A stretch of DNA of 47,045 nt from Actinomycetota bacterium (GCA_017853685.1 JAFMJD010000001.1:1-47045), one strand, 5' to 3'; positions 9,360 through 19,096 are shown, counted from the first letter of the stretch. The notes: generated by a model from the letters alone, not told the origin. Numbers and translations are program-made.

Positions 9360-10558
9360 CCGATCTGGACGAACCCGCACTCTGGACCCCGTCGTCGCGC
9401 CGGGGGACGCCGTGGCACGACGACGGCTGGGACGACCCTGCGGCGCTCAGCCTCACCGAAACCGCCGTGGCCCCACGCCGGAGCCATGTGCTGCGCTGGG
9501 TGCTCGTTGCCCTCGCCTCGCTGGTGCTCGTGGCGGCAGTGATCGGCGGTCTCATCGGTTGGTGGGTGATTCGACAGGTCAATCCGCCCGGTTCGCCGGG
9601 TGATCCCACCACGTTCGTGGTGAACGAACGTGACGACCTCGTGTCGCTGTCCACCCGCCTGAAGGGTCAGGGATTCATTACTCATGCTGGTGTGTTCCAG
9701 TGGTACATGAAGCGACAGGACGATTTCGAGATCGTCCCCGGGTACTACACCCTGCAACCGCGGGACAACATGGGCAACATTGCGGCCGCGCTGCGCACGC
9801 CGCCGAACGCGACATTCACCTCGGTGACGTTCCCCGAGGGATTCACGCTCCAGCAGATCGGTGCCCGGCTCCATAACCGCGTGAACCGCCTGTCCGAGTC
9901 GGTGTTCCTCGCGGCCACCCGGTCGGGTGAGCTCCTGTCGGAATACCTGCCCGAGGGAGCCACCTCGTTCGAGGGTCTGCTGTTCCCCGACACGTACCAA
10001 GTCTCCAACGCCGAGACCGAATTGCAGGTGGCCCAGCGGATGGTGCGACTCATGGAACGCGTCGGTCGGCAAGAGGGTCTCGACGATCCGCTCAAGCGCG
10101 GTGCACTCTCGCCGTACGAAGTGCTGATCGTTGCCTCGTTGATCGAACGTGAGGCCAAGACCGACGGGGACCGGGGCAAGATTGCACGGGTGATCTACAA
10201 CCGCCTTGCGCTCGGGATGACCTTGGACATCGATGCGGCGCTCTTCTACGGCCAGGCGCCGAATACGCCGTTCGACACGCTCAAGGCGCTCGACGGCCCG
10301 TACAACCTGTACCGACGCAAGGGATTACCCCCGACGCCTGTCGCCAATCCGGGCCGCGCCTCGATTCGAGCCGCGCTCAACCCGGCGGTGGATCCGCCTC
10401 CGGGCGACCCGATCTGTCGGGAGTTGAAGGACCCGACTGACTGCAGGTACCTGTACTACGTGCTGTCGGACCGACAGGGCAACCATGCGTTCGCAGCGAC
10501 GCTCGCACAGCACGAGGCGAACGTGGAGCGCGCCCGACAGGCTGGGGTGCTTCCGTGA
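9356..10558 (+). CDS. mltG: endolytic murein transglycosylase MltG (YceG-like)
   Basis: 400 aa. It has one N-terminal TM helix (VLVALASLVLVAAVIGGLIGWWV) and YceG-type motifs (LIVASLIEREA, YNLYRRKGLPPTPVANPG). ATGA overlap with ruvX. Confidence 0.9.
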   Translation: MTDLDEPALWTPSSRRGTPWHDDGWDDPAALSLTETAVAPRRSHVLRWVLVALASLVLVAAVIGGLIGWWVIRQVNPPGSPGDPTTFVVNERDDLVSLSTRLKGQGFITHAGVFQWYMKRQDDFEIVPGYYTLQPRDNMGNIAAALRTPPNATFTSVTFPEGFTLQQIGARLHNRVNRLSESVFLAATRSGELLSEYLPEGATSFEGLLFPDTYQVSNAETELQVAQRMVRLMERVGRQEGLDDPLKRGALSPYEVLIVASLIEREAKTDGDRGKIARVIYNRLALGMTLDIDAALFYGQAPNTPFDTLKALDGPYNLYRRKGLPPTPVANPGRASIRAALNPAVDPPPGDPICRELKDPTDCRYLYYVLSDRQGNHAFAATLAQHEANVERARQAGVLP

Positions 10559-11394
10559 GCAGTAACGCTGTCTCGGGTTCCACACAGGTGGCCGCCGTCA
10601 TCGGCAGTCCGGTTCGCCATTCACTCTCGCCGGTCATTCACAATGCTGCGTTCCGCGCAGCGGGGCTCGACTGGGTGTATGTCGCGCTCGAGGTGGGTGC
10701 TGCACGCGCGGCCGAGGCCTTCGCGGGCATCCGGGCACTGGGGCTTGCCGGTGTGTCGGTCACCACACCGCACAAGGATGCGGCGTTCGCCGCCGTCGAT
10801 GAGGTCAGCGTCTCGGCACAGGCGATGAATGCAGTGAATTGCATCCACCGCGTGGGTGATCGTCTGCTCGGGTACAACACCGACGGCGACGGCTTCGTCG
10901 ATTCGCTGCGCGCCGACGCAGAGTTTGATCCGGCTGGACACTCGGTCGCCGTGGTGGGCGCAGGTGGTGCTGCGCGCTCGATCATCGAGGCACTCGGTCG
11001 TGCCGGAGCTGCGCGCGTGGTAGTGGTGAACCGCACACTGTTGCGCGCACAGCAGGCCGCCTCGCTCGCCGGCGGTTGCGGTGTGGTGGGCACCCTCGAT
11101 GATCTGGCCGAGTGCGATGTGGTGGTAAACGCCACCTCGGTGGGCCTCGGGTCGAGCGAGTTGTCGATCCCTGTCGCTGCCTTGCGGTCGAGTCACCTCA
11201 TCGCCGATGTCGTGTATCACCCGATCGAGACTGCCCTGTTGCGCGCCGCAGAGTCCGCCGGGGCCCGCACCCTCGATGGTCTGGGCATGCTGGTGCACCA
11301 GGCAGCGCGGCAGTTCACGATCTGGACCGGGGTGACTGCGCCGGTCGCCGAGATGCGGCGGGCCGCAGAGGCGGCACTCGCCCAGCGCCGATGA
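10555..11394 (+). CDS. aroE: shikimate dehydrogenase
   Basis: 279 aa. It shows IGSPVRHSLSPVIHNAAF and an NADP Rossmann motif VVGAGGAARS. GTGA overlap with mltG. Confidence 0.9.
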   Translation: MSSNAVSGSTQVAAVIGSPVRHSLSPVIHNAAFRAAGLDWVYVALEVGAARAAEAFAGIRALGLAGVSVTTPHKDAAFAAVDEVSVSAQAMNAVNCIHRVGDRLLGYNTDGDGFVDSLRADAEFDPAGHSVAVVGAGGAARSIIEALGRAGAARVVVVNRTLLRAQQAASLAGGCGVVGTLDDLAECDVVVNATSVGLGSSELSIPVAALRSSHLIADVVYHPIETALLRAAESAGARTLDGLGMLVHQAARQFTIWTGVTAPVAEMRRAAEAALAQRR

Positions 11395-12995
11395 GCATGG
11401 ACGCGCTCGCCGACGACGCAGTGTTGGCCGATCGCCCCGTGCGCTCTGTCGATGTGGCCCGCGTGCTGTTGCGCAAGCACGGCGCCGTTGTCGCTCTGGT
11501 GGTTGTGGTCCTTGGCTGGTTCTGGACGTTCCTGCGCCTTGGCATGCTCCGGCACAACCGCTATTGGACGTTCGGGTTCGACCTGGGGCTGTACAACCAG
11601 GCTGCGTGGTTGATCGCCCACTTCAAGGATCCGTTCGTCACGTTGCGCGGGCTCGATGCGTGGGGTCATCACGGCAACTTCATCTTCCTGCTCTTTGCGC
11701 CCTTCTACTGGATGGGGGCCGGCATCACGTTCCTGCTGGTGGCGCAGTTGCTGTCGCAATGTGCCGGGGCGGTGGGCGTGTACCTGTTGTCACGCGATCT
11801 GCTCGATGGTCCTCGCTGGATCGGGGTGCTGTTGGCGGGGGTGTTCCTCATGCACCCCTCGATGCAGTTCCTCGCCTGGGAGTACTTCCACCCCGAGACC
11901 TTCGCCATCGGCCCGATCGTTCTTGCGTACTGGGCCATCCGCACTGAGCGGATGAAGACGTTCTGGTTGATGGCGGTTCTCGCTCTGGCATGCAAAGAAG
12001 ATGTCGCGCTCGTGTTCTTCATGCTCGGTCTTCTGCTTGCATTCCGGCGCAAGGTCCGACTGGGGGCCATGGTGTCCGGTGTCGCCGTATGGTGGTACCT
12101 CGCAGTGACCAAAGTGCTCATCCCGTGGCGGAACCCGGTCGGACCGTTCTACGAGAACCACTTCTTCGCGGCGTACGGCGGTTCGATGGGTGAGGTCGCC
12201 AAGACCGTCCTGCGCCACCCGTCGCGCCTCTGGCGTGATCTCACCGACTCGGGGCGCGTGGAGTTCTACTCGCGGGTCTGGGCCCCCGTGGCCTTCCTCC
12301 CGTTCCTCGCACCCGAGGTACTTGCCGTGGCACTGCCGATGCTGCTCGTGATCGTGATGGCCGGCGTGGTGTGGGTGCAGGACTATCGCTACCACTACGT
12401 GGCGATACCGCTCGCGATCACCTTCATCGCGCTCGTGGAGGCCGTGCGCCGACTGCGCACTCCGAGGCGCCGGGCGTTAGCGATTGCCGTGGTGTGCCTG
12501 ACCACCGTGATCACCACACAGGCCTGGGGTGCGGGCCCGTACTCGCGGAACTGGAACAAGGGGTATTGGCCCCACAGCCGCAGCGAGAGTCTCCACGACA
12601 TCTGGTTCGGAACGCTCGACCCGGAGCAGAACTGGCCCAAGGCAGAGAGCAAGCGGCGAGCGGTTGCGCTCGTGCCCGATGATGCATCGGTGAGCGCGGC
12701 CTACAACGTGAATCCCCACCTGTCGTCGCGGACCCACGTGTACGAATGGCCGAACCCGTGGTTCGGGAGGAACTGGGGAATCTGTGAGGTCGACAATCTG
12801 CACGACCCCAAAGACGTTCAGTGGATCATCGTGGACCGCGCCTACCTCGAGGGCAACACGATGGAGCTGGGACTGCTCGATCGACTGCTCCGATCCGAGT
12901 TCGCCGTTCGACTCGACGAAAACGGCGTGGTGGCAGCCGAACGGGTTCAGGCGCCCGCAACACCCCGATCCCCGGCGCCGACATCCTGTCGATAA
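11391..12995 (+). CDS. polytopic membrane protein, DUF2079-like (possible GT-C-fold glycosyltransferase)
   Basis: The ORF-track frame opens at 11112, but I place the start at ATG 11391, which forms an ATGA overlap with the aroE stop. The protein has many hydrophobic helices and a WGHHGNFIFLLFAPFYW segment, followed by a roughly 170-aa hydrophilic C-terminal domain. The DUF2079 assignment is from memory. Confidence 0.7.
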   Translation: MSMDALADDAVLADRPVRSVDVARVLLRKHGAVVALVVVVLGWFWTFLRLGMLRHNRYWTFGFDLGLYNQAAWLIAHFKDPFVTLRGLDAWGHHGNFIFLLFAPFYWMGAGITFLLVAQLLSQCAGAVGVYLLSRDLLDGPRWIGVLLAGVFLMHPSMQFLAWEYFHPETFAIGPIVLAYWAIRTERMKTFWLMAVLALACKEDVALVFFMLGLLLAFRRKVRLGAMVSGVAVWWYLAVTKVLIPWRNPVGPFYENHFFAAYGGSMGEVAKTVLRHPSRLWRDLTDSGRVEFYSRVWAPVAFLPFLAPEVLAVALPMLLVIVMAGVVWVQDYRYHYVAIPLAITFIALVEAVRRLRTPRRRALAIAVVCLTTVITTQAWGAGPYSRNWNKGYWPHSRSESLHDIWFGTLDPEQNWPKAESKRRAVALVPDDASVSAAYNVNPHLSSRTHVYEWPNPWFGRNWGICEVDNLHDPKDVQWIIVDRAYLEGNTMELGLLDRLLRSEFAVRLDENGVVAAERVQAPATPRSPAPTSCR

Positions 12996-13028
12996 CTCCA
13001 CGTTCCCGGTCACGCACGGTGATGCCGG

Positions 13029-13034
13029 TATCCT
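13029..13034 (+). promoter_or_regulatory. candidate -10 hexamer TATCCT, 6 nt upstream of the aroC GTG
   Basis: TATCCT-gaccgg-GTG(13041). It is directly preceded by an imperfect hairpin at 13006-13028 (CCGGTCAC...GTGA-tg-CCGG). Confidence 0.4.
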
Positions 13035-13040
13035 GACCGG

Positions 13041-14204
13041 GTGCTCAGGTACCTCACCGCCGGAGAATCCCACGGCAAAGCGCTCGTGGTGATCGTGGAA
13101 GGACTCCCCGCCGGGCTTCCCATCACGGTGGAGGAGATCCAGGGCGAGATGGCGCGCCGCCGCCTTGGCTACGGACGTGGACCCCGCCAGCGTTTCGAGG
13201 TGGACAACCTCACGCTCGTGGGTGGGGTGCGCCACGGCCGGACGCTCGGCTCACCGGTGGCGATCGAGATCGAGAACACCGAGTGGTTCCGTTCGGACAA
13301 GTGGCACGCCGAGATGTCGCCGGCGCCGGGGGTCACCAAAGAGCCGCTCACCCAAGTACGTCCCGGGCATGCCGATCTGGCCGGCATGCAGAAGTACGGG
13401 TTCAGCGATGCGCGTGATGTGCTCGAACGTGCGAGCGCCCGTGAGACCGCAGCGCGTGTGGCCGCAGGTGCCCTTGCGAAGAAGTTGCTCGCCCCGCTCG
13501 GTGTGAACATCCTCAGCCATGTCATCCAAGTGGGCTCCGTTCGGGCGAAGGCCGATGCGCGTCCTGCTCCGTCGGACCTCGCTGCGGTGGACGCCTCATC
13601 GGTTCGCTGCTTCGACCCCAGCACCGAAGAAGCGATGGTGGCCGAGATCGAGGCTGCAGCCAAAGAAGGCGACTCCCTCGGCGGCGTGGTGGAAGTGTTG
13701 TGCTACGGCGTGCCTGTCGGCCTCGGCAGCCACGTGCACTGGGATCGCAAGCTCGACGGGTTGTTGGCCCAGGCCATCATGAGCATCCAGGCCGTCAAGG
13801 GTGTCGAGATCGGCGACGGCTTCGAGGTAGCCGGACGGCGCGGGAGTGCAGCGCACGACCCGATCGTCTGGGATGCCGTTGCGGGCACGTACCGGCGTGA
13901 GTCGGCACTCGCCGGAGGAACCGAAGGTGGCATGTCCACCGGTGAACTGATGGTGGTGCGCGCGGCCATGAAGCCCCTCGCAACGCTGAACCGTCCCACG
14001 CTCAAGACGGTCGATGTCGTCACCAAGGAAGAGACGGTCAGTTTCAAGGAGCGAACCGACGTCACCGCAGTGCCCGCCCTCGGCGTGGTCGCCGAGACGA
14101 TGGTGGCCCTCGTGCTCGCCGCAGAAGCCCAACGAAAGTTCGGCGGCGACTCCGTCGACGAGTTCGTTCGCAACGCCGAGGCCTTCGCCGCCGGACTGCG
14201 CTGA
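13041..14204 (+). CDS. aroC: chorismate synthase
   Basis: 387 aa. The N-terminus [15 protein letters not shown] and the sequences RPGHADLAG and [12 protein letters not shown] are canonical AroC motifs. Confidence 0.95.
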   Translation: MLRYLTAGESHGKALVVIVEGLPAGLPITVEEIQGEMARRRLGYGRGPRQRFEVDNLTLVGGVRHGRTLGSPVAIEIENTEWFRSDKWHAEMSPAPGVTKEPLTQVRPGHADLAGMQKYGFSDARDVLERASARETAARVAAGALAKKLLAPLGVNILSHVIQVGSVRAKADARPAPSDLAAVDASSVRCFDPSTEEAMVAEIEAAAKEGDSLGGVVEVLCYGVPVGLGSHVHWDRKLDGLLAQAIMSIQAVKGVEIGDGFEVAGRRGSAAHDPIVWDAVAGTYRRESALAGGTEGGMSTGELMVVRAAMKPLATLNRPTLKTVDVVTKEETVSFKERTDVTAVPALGVVAETMVALVLAAEAQRKFGGDSVDEFVRNAEAFAAGLR

Positions 14205-14244
14205 GACGGTCGCCGTGAGTCAACGACCGGGTTCACTCGGCACG

Positions 14245-14739
14245 ATGCACTTGGTGCTCGTCGGGCTCACCGGTTCGGGCAAGACCACGGTGGGACGCCT
14301 CGCTGCGGACCGTCTGGGTCGACCCTTTCTCGACACCGACGCCGTGATCGAGGCTCGCACGGGTCGCACCGTTCGGGAGATCTTTGCTGCCGACGGAGAA
14401 CCGGCATTCCGTGACCTCGAGGCGGCGGTACTGGCCGAGTGTCTCGCGTCGGAGACGCCGAGCGTCATTGCTGCAGCCGGGGGAGTGGTGGTGCGAGACG
14501 AGAACCGCGCGGCGCTCCGGGCCGCTCACGCACGGGTGGTGTGGCTCTGTGCGGGCCCGGCGGTGGTGTCGGAGCGCGTTCGATCCGGTGGGCATCGTCC
14601 GCTCCTCGATGACGATCCCGATACGGTGCTGCAGCGAATGTGGGCTGCACGTGAACCCCTGTACCGCGAAGTGGCAGATGCCATCGTGGGCGTGGAGGGT
14701 CGCACGTTACACGAGGTCGTGGAGGCGGTACTCCGATGA
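14245..14739 (+). CDS. aroK: shikimate kinase
   Basis: P-loop LVGLTGSGKTTVGR, then FLDTDAVIE. The start is ATG 14245 or, alternatively, GTG 14215. The longer track ORF from 14014 overlaps aroC and I reject it. Confidence 0.9.
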   Translation: MHLVLVGLTGSGKTTVGRLAADRLGRPFLDTDAVIEARTGRTVREIFAADGEPAFRDLEAAVLAECLASETPSVIAAAGGVVVRDENRAALRAAHARVVWLCAGPAVVSERVRSGGHRPLLDDDPDTVLQRMWAAREPLYREVADAIVGVEGRTLHEVVEAVLR

Positions 14740-15791
14740 CCTCGCCCATCACGGTGCGTGTTCCTCTCGCCGACCGTTCATACGACGTCCTCGTCGGACG
14801 TGGGGCAGCAAGCCATGTGGCCTCGCTGATTCCCGCCGGCGTACGTCGGGCCGTGGTGGTGACCCAGTCGGGAAACCCTATGAGTGCACGCGTGGATCCG
14901 GGTGTGCCCTACACCGTGGTGGAGATCGCCGACGGGGAGGACGCAAAGAGTCTCGCCACGATCGAGTTTCTCTGCCGTCGTTTCGTCGATGCAGGACTCA
15001 CGCGCTCGGATTGTGTGATCGCTGTGGGCGGCGGACTGGTGACCGATGTGGCCGGCTTCGCTGCGTCGGTGTACCACCGGGGAATCGCAGTGGTCCATGT
15101 GGCCACCACGCTGCTCGGCATGGTGGACGCGGCGATCGGTGGCAAGACCGGGGTCAACCTTCCCGAGGGGAAGAACCTGGTAGGTGCCTTCTGGCAACCG
15201 AGTGGTGTCGTGTGCGACCTCGATGCACTCGACACGCTTCCCGAGCGCGAGATGCGTTGCGGTATGGGCGAGATGGCCAAGTATCACTTCCTGACCGGCG
15301 ACGATCTCCTCGCACTCGACCTGCCCGATCGCGTTGCGCGGTGCGTGGCGATCAAGGCCGATGTCGTGGGGTCCGACGAGCGCGAGTCGGGTCGCAGAGC
15401 CATCCTCAACTACGGCCACACCCTGGCTCACGCGCTCGAGATCGCCACTGACCACCGGATGGCGCACGGCGAGGCGGTTGCTGTCGGTCTCTGCTACGCA
15501 GCACGTGTTGCGGCTGCGCTCGGTCGAGTGGGTGACGCCCGGGTCCACGAGCACGATCACGTGGTGGGTGTCGCGTATGGACTCTCCACCGAACTCCCGC
15601 AGGGTCTCGATCCCGAACTGCTCGTCTCGCTCATGGGGCGGGACAAGAAGGCACTCAACGGACTCACCTTCGTGCTGGACGGCCCGGAGGGAGTCGAGAC
15701 AGTTGCCGGGGTGCCTGAGGACGCGGTGCGTCTCGCCCTCACACAAATGCCGACTGCACCCTCGGGTGGGCGTGCAAGGATGCAGCCATGA
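14736..15791 (+). CDS. aroB: 3-dehydroquinate synthase
   Basis: 351 aa. It shows GGGLVTDVAGFAASVYHRGI, DAAIGGKTGVNL, and the metal ligands HTLAHALE/HGEAVAVG. ATGA overlap with aroK. Confidence 0.95.
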   Translation: MTSPITVRVPLADRSYDVLVGRGAASHVASLIPAGVRRAVVVTQSGNPMSARVDPGVPYTVVEIADGEDAKSLATIEFLCRRFVDAGLTRSDCVIAVGGGLVTDVAGFAASVYHRGIAVVHVATTLLGMVDAAIGGKTGVNLPEGKNLVGAFWQPSGVVCDLDALDTLPEREMRCGMGEMAKYHFLTGDDLLALDLPDRVARCVAIKADVVGSDERESGRRAILNYGHTLAHALEIATDHRMAHGEAVAVGLCYAARVAAALGRVGDARVHEHDHVVGVAYGLSTELPQGLDPELLVSLMGRDKKALNGLTFVLDGPEGVETVAGVPEDAVRLALTQMPTAPSGGRARMQP

Positions 15792-16255
15792 GCGTGTCCG
15801 ATTCTCCGGCACGGCCGGTGGTGGCACTGTTGCACGGGGCCAACCTGAACCTGCTCGGCCAGCGTGAGCCCCACATCTACGGAACGGCCACGCTCGCCGA
15901 CTATGTCGCGGCCGTGCGCAGCGCTGCAGCGTCGGTGGGTCTCGACATCGAAGACTTCCAGACCAACCACGAGGGCGAGCTCGTCGACCGGATCCAGCAG
16001 GCGCGCGGACGTTGCGCCGGCATCATCATCAACCCCGGGGCCTTCACGCATTACGCGTGGAGCATCCACGATGCGCTCGCTGCGTTCAGCGGTCCGGTGA
16101 TCGAAGTGCACATCTCCAACCCGAACGCCCGTGAACCCTGGCGACACACCAGCGTGGTCTCCCCGGTTGCACGGGGCAGCATCATGGGACTGGGTATGCA
16201 CGGCTACGAACTCGCGGTGCAGGCAATGGCCCGTCTCGTGGCCGCAGCCTCGTGA
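15788..16255 (+). CDS. aroQ: type II 3-dehydroquinate dehydratase
   Basis: 155 aa. It shows LHGANLNLLGQREPHIYG, IIINPGAFTHYS-like IIINPGAFTHYAWS, and EVHISN. Confidence 0.95.
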   Translation: MSVSDSPARPVVALLHGANLNLLGQREPHIYGTATLADYVAAVRSAAASVGLDIEDFQTNHEGELVDRIQQARGRCAGIIINPGAFTHYAWSIHDALAAFSGPVIEVHISNPNAREPWRHTSVVSPVARGSIMGLGMHGYELAVQAMARLVAAAS

Positions 16256-17226
16256 GCATGGGCGCAGTAGGAATGCTGGCAGGCCTCGTACCCGCAACCG
16301 GCGACGCGGGTTGGGTACGTCGCTTGCGGGAACTCCACCTGTTGACACCGCTGCGCATCGTCATCATCGTGCTGATCGCCGCAGCAATTTCGTTCGTCGT
16401 GCGGCGCGTGGTCGCCCGCGGTGTGCGCGGTCTGCAGCGAGCCCACGAGCGTGTTGCGTACCGCGTGGACCACGCTCGGATCGATCAGCGGCGTCGCACG
16501 CTCACCACCGTGCTCACCAGCACCGTGGTGACACTGATCTGGCTCACCGCTGTGATCACCGTGCTCGGCGAGGTGGGGGTGAACCTCGGTGCCTTCGTGG
16601 CGACTGCCACCATCATCGGTGGTGCGCTGGCCTTCGGCGCCCAGACCTTGGTGCGCGATGTCATTGCCGGCTTCTTCATGATTGCCGAGGACCAATACGG
16701 GGTGGGCGACATCGTGGACCTCGGTAGTGCAACGGGAACGGTGGAGCGCGTGTCGCTCCGTGTCACCCGCATCCGGGACGAGAGCGGCCATGTCTGGTAC
16801 CTGCCGAACGGTCAGATTCTGCGTGTTGCGAACCTGAGCCAGGGTCCGGTGGCCACCACGGTGGACATCGCAGTGCCACTTGCCTCGGACCTCGCTGCCG
16901 TCACGGCGAGCATCGAGGCCGTTGCGCGCGAGTTGAGCGCAGACCCGCAGTGGCGTGACCTGCTCACCGACGCCCCGGACGTTCTGGGAGTCGAGGAGTT
17001 GCATGCAACCCATGCCGTGCTCCGTGTGCGGATCCGTACTCGTGCCGACGCGAGGGATGCGGTTCGTCGTGCATTTCTCGCCCGGGTCGCATCATGGGAG
17101 CAACGGGGGGTGCTCGGCGACCTCGACGTGGAGCGCCGGACTACCGAGCCGGGCTCCGGTGGTGCCGGGGGCGGGGGTTCCTCGGTACCCGAGCGGCCTG
17201 CGGACCCGCCCACCATGCCGACGTGA
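16252..17226 (+). CDS. mechanosensitive ion channel family protein (MscS-type)
   Basis: 324 aa. N-terminal TM helices are followed by the MscS beta-domain signature GDIVDLGSATGTVERVSLRVTRIRDESGHVWYLPNG. GTGA overlap with the aroQ stop. Confidence 0.85.
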   Translation: MSMGAVGMLAGLVPATGDAGWVRRLRELHLLTPLRIVIIVLIAAAISFVVRRVVARGVRGLQRAHERVAYRVDHARIDQRRRTLTTVLTSTVVTLIWLTAVITVLGEVGVNLGAFVATATIIGGALAFGAQTLVRDVIAGFFMIAEDQYGVGDIVDLGSATGTVERVSLRVTRIRDESGHVWYLPNGQILRVANLSQGPVATTVDIAVPLASDLAAVTASIEAVARELSADPQWRDLLTDAPDVLGVEELHATHAVLRVRIRTRADARDAVRRAFLARVASWEQRGVLGDLDVERRTTEPGSGGAGGGGSSVPERPADPPTMPT

Positions 17227-17240
17227 GCGTGTGGGATTGC

Positions 17241-17257
17241 GGCCGCAGCGTGCGGCC
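17241..17257 (+). terminator. GC hairpin GGCCGCA-GCG-TGCGGCC downstream of mscS, with no U-tract
   Basis: A 7-bp perfect stem starts 15 nt after the TGA at 17224-17226, and a TAGGCT hexamer follows it. Confidence 0.3.
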
Positions 17258-17263
17258 CCTCGG

Positions 17264-17269
17264 TAGGCT
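17264..17269 (+). promoter_or_regulatory. candidate -10 hexamer TAGGCT for efp (leadered, with SD AGAGG at 17294-17298)
   Basis: This is the same hexamer found upstream of alaS. It lies 36 nt before the ATG at 17306. Confidence 0.3.
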
Positions 17270-17305
17270 TGCGCAGCCCCCAATGCCCCGCTTCAGAGGT
17301 TTCCC

Positions 17306-17869
17306 ATGCCCGCTATCAGCACCAACGACTTCAAGACCGGAATGACCCTCGAGCTCGACAATGGTCTGTGGACCGTTGTGGAGTTCCAGCATGTCAAGCC
17401 CGGCAAAGGCGGGGCGTTCGTGCGCAGCAAGTTGAAGAACGTTCGCACCGGGCAGGTGGTGGACAAGACCTTCAACGCCGGCGTGCGCGTCGAACAGGCA
17501 ATCCTCGACAAGCGCGACATGCAGTTCCTGTACCGGGACGGCAACGAGTACATCTTCATGGACACCGAGAGCTACGACCAGATGCAGGTGGCACCGAGCG
17601 CGCTCGGCGAGGCCGCCGACTATCTGGTGGAGAACTCCACCGCCATCCTCGCCATGTACCAAGGCGAGATCGTCAACGTCGAGATCCCCGCTTCTGTCGA
17701 ACTGCAGATCACCGAGACCGAGCCCGGGATCCAGGGCGATCGTGTGTCGGGTGCCCGCAAGCCGGCCACGCTCGAGACCGGCAAGGTCATTCAGGTACCC
17801 CTGTTCGTGAACGTGGGCGAGCGTGTGAAGGTGGACACGCGCTCGGGCGAATACATCACGCGCGTCTGA
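17306..17869 (+). CDS. efp: elongation factor P
   Basis: 187 aa. It shows [43 protein letters not shown], which is canonical EF-P. Confidence 0.97.
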   Translation: MPAISTNDFKTGMTLELDNGLWTVVEFQHVKPGKGGAFVRSKLKNVRTGQVVDKTFNAGVRVEQAILDKRDMQFLYRDGNEYIFMDTESYDQMQVAPSALGEAADYLVENSTAILAMYQGEIVNVEIPASVELQITETEPGIQGDRVSGARKPATLETGKVIQVPLFVNVGERVKVDTRSGEYITRV

Positions 17870-18351
17870 TGGCCGACGGTGGCGGTCAGCGTCGGCGACG
17901 GCGGCGACCGGGAGACGACCTCCGCACCGAGTCCCGTGAGCGCGCGCTCACGATCCTCTACGAAGCGCAGTCCAAGCGGCTCGAACCGTCCGAGGTGGTG
18001 GCGTCGCTCCCGATCCGTCCCGACGATCGGGTGATCGAACTGGTGAGCGGTGTGCAGGATCGTGCTGCAGCCATCGACGAAGCGATTCGGTCACATGCGC
18101 GGAATTGGGACCTCGCTCGCATGCCCGTGATCGACCTCGCAGTGCTTCGTATCGCCACCCACGAGCTGATGTGCGAGCCCGATACGCCCACAGCCGTCAT
18201 CATCGACGAGGCAGTGGAACTGGCGAAGCGGTTCTCCACCGACGACAGTGGCCGGTTCGTGAACGGTGTGCTCGCTGCAGTTGCCCAGCAGGTACGCGGC
18301 GGATCAGCGCCGGCGGTCGGCGGAACCGAAGCCCACGACGCGACCGAATAG
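17869..18351 (+). CDS. nusB: transcription antitermination factor NusB
   Basis: The ATG at 17869 shares its A with the efp TGA. It shows RERALTILYEAQ and a C-terminal FVNGVLAAV motif, with a short Arg-rich N-terminal extension. The longer track ORF from 17269 overlaps efp and I reject it. Confidence 0.9.
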   Translation: MADGGGQRRRRRRPGDDLRTESRERALTILYEAQSKRLEPSEVVASLPIRPDDRVIELVSGVQDRAAAIDEAIRSHARNWDLARMPVIDLAVLRIATHELMCEPDTPTAVIIDEAVELAKRFSTDDSGRFVNGVLAAVAQQVRGGSAPAVGGTEAHDATE

Positions 18352-19062
18352 GTCCTGCAGTCCCCAGAGCGTCACACGCATCATCGACTCGATGACGATG
18401 CGTCCGGACATCTTCGAGGTGCCGTGCTGGCGGTCCACGAAACTGATCGGCACCTCGGTCACTGCGTGCCCGCGTCGGCAGAGTCGACGTGCATATTCGG
18501 TGAGCATGGCGTACCCCTCGGCCCGGGTGGACGCGGGGTCGATGTCTCGCAGTGCGTGGGCCGAGTAGGCCCGGAATCCCGAGGTGCAGTCACGGATCGG
18601 TAGGCGCAGGATCCACGCGGTGTAGCGGTTCCCCCAACGCGACAGCAGTCGGCGGTGCAGCGGCCAGTTCACCGTGCCGCCGCCGGGTACGTAGCGGGAC
18701 CCGATGGCCAGACCTGCACCGGCCTCCACGTGAGCGACCAACTGCGGGATCACGACCGGATCATGCGAGAAGTCGGCGTCCATCGACACCACGACATCGG
18801 GGACCCCGCCCACGGCCCCACCGAGTGCTTGGGCGAACCCCTCGCGGTAGGCCGAACCGAGCCCGGTCTTGCCGGCCCGGTGGAGCACCTGGATCTGGCC
18901 GAGACGCTGTGCCGCCTGATCGGCAAGGAGTCCGGTTCCGTCGGGGGAGTTGTCGTCCACCACGAGCACATGAGCCCGGGGAACCGCTGCGCGGACCGCC
19001 TCGAGGAAGCGCTCGACGTTCTCACGCTCCTGGAACGTTGGCGCCACCACCACGACATGCAC
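18304..19062 (-). CDS. ppm1: polyprenol-phosphate mannosyltransferase (GT2, Ppm1/Dpm1-like)
   Basis: It shows VVVAPTFQERENV, VVDDNSPDGT, DADFSHDP and GSRYVPGG. I place the start at GTG 19062. The 340-aa track ORF extends into the pyrR start with R/P/S-rich non-coding-like sequence. Confidence 0.85.
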   Translation of the reverse strand: MHVVVVAPTFQERENVERFLEAVRAAVPRAHVLVVDDNSPDGTGLLADQAAQRLGQIQVLHRAGKTGLGSAYREGFAQALGGAVGGVPDVVVSMDADFSHDPVVIPQLVAHVEAGAGLAIGSRYVPGGGTVNWPLHRRLLSRWGNRYTAWILRLPIRDCTSGFRAYSAHALRDIDPASTRAEGYAMLTEYARRLCRRGHAVTEVPISFVDRQHGTSKMSGRIVIESMMRVTLWGLQDLFGRVVGFGSADRRR

Positions 19063-19070
19063 AGACGACG

Positions 19071-19076
19071 AACCTA
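19071..19076 (-). promoter_or_regulatory. candidate -10 hexamer TAGGTT (minus strand), 8 nt upstream of the ppm1 GTG
   Basis: The minus strand reads TAGGTT-cgtcgtct-GTG(19062), with no SD. Confidence 0.4.
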
Positions 19077-19096
19077 GTGCCCGCAGCCTCGCCGAC

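Noticed and set aside
11112-11390. N-terminal extensions implied by the longest-ORF track. The cases are DUF2079 from 11112, aroK from 14014, nusB from 17269, coaBC from 29504, priA from 31731, P450 to 35336, ppm1 to 19326 and the sORF frame from 37550.
   Set aside because: Each extension overlaps the well-supported upstream gene in another frame and translates to R/P/S/A-rich sequence with no homology signal. Downstream starts give canonical N-termini and ATGA/GTGA coupling or a -10/SD signal.
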